NCBI GenBank assembly: GCA_002269645.1
Contig: NIVC01000012.1
Span: 1,488,001 to 1,552,000, forward strand
Direction: 5' to 3'
Length of the DNA stretch: 64,000 bases
DNA from: Macrostomum lignano
Lineage: Eukaryota
Below, piece after piece: positions 62,395-64,000 of this stretch. Positions within the stretch are counted from its first letter, which is position 1; each line of letters starts with the position of its first letter. The translations under genes were made by a program, and so were the position numbers. Under the pieces are notes generated by a model. It was not told the DNA's origin. It saw nothing but the letters and a program-made list of their open reading frames with translations, and searched no databases.

Positions 62395-62925
62395 AATCAA
62401 AGGTGAGACAGTGACAGCAGAATCGAGGGTGAGACAGTGACAGAATCGAAGGTGAGACAGTGACAGAATCGAAGGTGAGACAGTGACAAAATCGAGGGTG
62501 AGACAGTGACAGAATCGAAGGTGAGACAGTGACAGAATCGAAGGTGAGACAGTGGCAGAAACGAGGGTGAGACAATGACAGAATCAAAGGTGAGACAGTG
62601 ACAGAATCGAAGGTGAGACAGTGGCAGAAACGAAGGTAAGACAGTGGCAGAATCGAAGGTGAGACAGTGGCAGAAACGAGGGTGAGACAATGACAGAATC
62701 AAAGGTGAGACAGTGACAGAATCGAAGGTGAGACAGTGACAGAATCGAAGGTGAGACAGTGACAGAATCGAAGGTGAGACAGTGCCAGAAACGAAGGTGA
62801 GACAGTGACAGAATCGAGAGTGAGACAGTGACAGAACTGAGGATGAGACAGTGACAGAAACGAGGATGAGACAGTGACAGAACTGAGGGTGAGACAGTGA
62901 CAGAAACAGTGAGACAGTGAGGGTG
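62395..62925. repeat. 23-bp minisatellite (gacagaatcgaaggtgagacagt)n
   Basis: Direct. Confidence 0.92.
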
Positions 62926-63304
62926 CGGCATTAAAAAGAAATGGAAATCAGAGAATTAAAGAAAGCTATACGAATGTGCAAAAGATTGTGTGTTCAACAG
63001 CTTAAAAAAATTTAAACTCAATTTAAGTGAGCCATGAATACTGCATACTATATAATATACGGCTCATAATTTCCGTTTTGTAATTATTTAAAGTCAATAA
63101 TGATGCTATATAAAGCCCGTCAAATAAAAGCAAGTTAGAACATGACGTCATTGTGCAATAAAAACCCGGAAAATGGAGTGCAAAAAATGACAGAAGAGAG
63201 TTGAAGGATTTTTATAAATCGAGGGGGGGGGCAAATTAAAGGAAAGCTTTTTTTCAGAACAAAAGCTTGGATTTGCTGGAATTCTCCAAAAGTCCTTCGG
63301 CACA

Positions 63305-63797
63305 TCACGCCTTGCCGCCGGCCCAGCTCTTGCTGTGCATCTGAACTACGTAGGCGCCCGCGAACGATTTAACGCAGGTGGCCTCCTCCGAGTCGCTCAT
63401 CGCTCCGTGGGTTTTGCAGTCCGGCCGGCGATTGGTGATCCAGCTGAATGGGTTAAAGTAGATCGGTGGAAAGATTCTCACATCAGTGTGGCCGTCAGCC
63501 AGGTACTGCTTCAGCTCGGCCATCATGATCAGCGGCCCGGTGCTCTCCTCTGCCCCGCCTTGCTTTCGACTGTCCAGCCGGCGAACAATGCGGTGCAGCA
63601 GTCCGATCCAGAACGGATGTTTCGGCCTGGAGGCCATGAAGGAGTTCTGCACGTAGCTGCCGTTCACGCTGCTGATCCACTGCCCGTCCATGCCGCCGAA
63701 CGCCAGGCCCAGGCCGTTCAGCAGAGGCCGGAAGTCTTTGAGACACACCGTGTCAAGGTCGGCGTAGATGCCGCCAAAGTGCAACAGATAGAGATAC
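63305..63797 (-). CDS. GT32-family DXD glycosyltransferase paralog 2, last exon (5' part beyond window)
   Basis: acacag|[24 protein letters not shown]...NSFMASRPKHPFW...FNPFSWIT...HSKSW; colinear with paralog 1. Confidence 0.85.
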
Positions 63798-63844
63798 CTG
63801 TGTGTGTGTGTGTTTTGAAGTTACCGTTTAGGGACGTTTTTTAA

Positions 63845-63960
63845 GCTGAGTGAACTGAAGCAATGCAGAATTAAGCGTCTTGCTCAAGGACACAAATTGT
63901 TCCTTAGTGAGTCGAGAGTCAGACCCCTCCCCAAGACTTTGCAGTTCAACGCTCTGACCC
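63845..63960 (-). mobile_element. tRNA-derived SINE fragment (same family as 415-560)
   Basis: Shares gtgaactgaagcaatgcaga...cttgctcaaggacacaaattgt. Confidence 0.6.
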
Positions 63961-64000
63961 AGGGACAACTAAAACACTCGGGACGCAAAACGAGCCAAAG

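Noticed and set aside
61480-62406. 308-aa HEIPVVV ORF with an ATG start
   Set aside because: 21-bp array accounting for nearly the whole ORF; no independent coding evidence.

Overview
This is a eukaryotic (animal) genomic window with spliceosomal GT-AG genes and very repeat-rich introns. Composition and repeat load resemble a Macrostomum-type free-living flatworm (inference only). Genes reconstructed by hand with phase-consistent splice sites: (1) the 5' part of GCN1 (minus, 19 exons, ATG 27699, running off the left edge); (2) SNRK kinase (minus, 3 exons); (3) IFT81 (plus, 8 exons, 684 aa, complete); (4) an intronless secreted PAN/apple + C-type lectin gene (minus); (5,6) two tandem GT32 (DXD) glycosyltransferase paralogs (minus, the second cut by the right edge). 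Mobile DNA: a 2.37-kb gag-protease-only Ty3/Gypsy LTR element plus a solo LTR inside a 23-bp satellite in a GCN1 intron; a decayed THAP/P-superfamily transposon (100-bp TIRs, 7-bp TSD) nested in an older foldback in SNRK intron 1; a tRNA-SINE, a hAT-like MITE and a second 8-bp-TSD MITE between SNRK and IFT81; and Helitron-like ends around 50-57 kb. Most long ORFs in the supplied track are translations of tandem repeats, not genes. I see no CRISPR, rRNA or bona fide tRNA, and I cannot claim a new system. The best leads are the RT-less LTR element, the nested P element, the reciprocal intron positions of the GT32 paralogs and the intron-specific minisatellite network.
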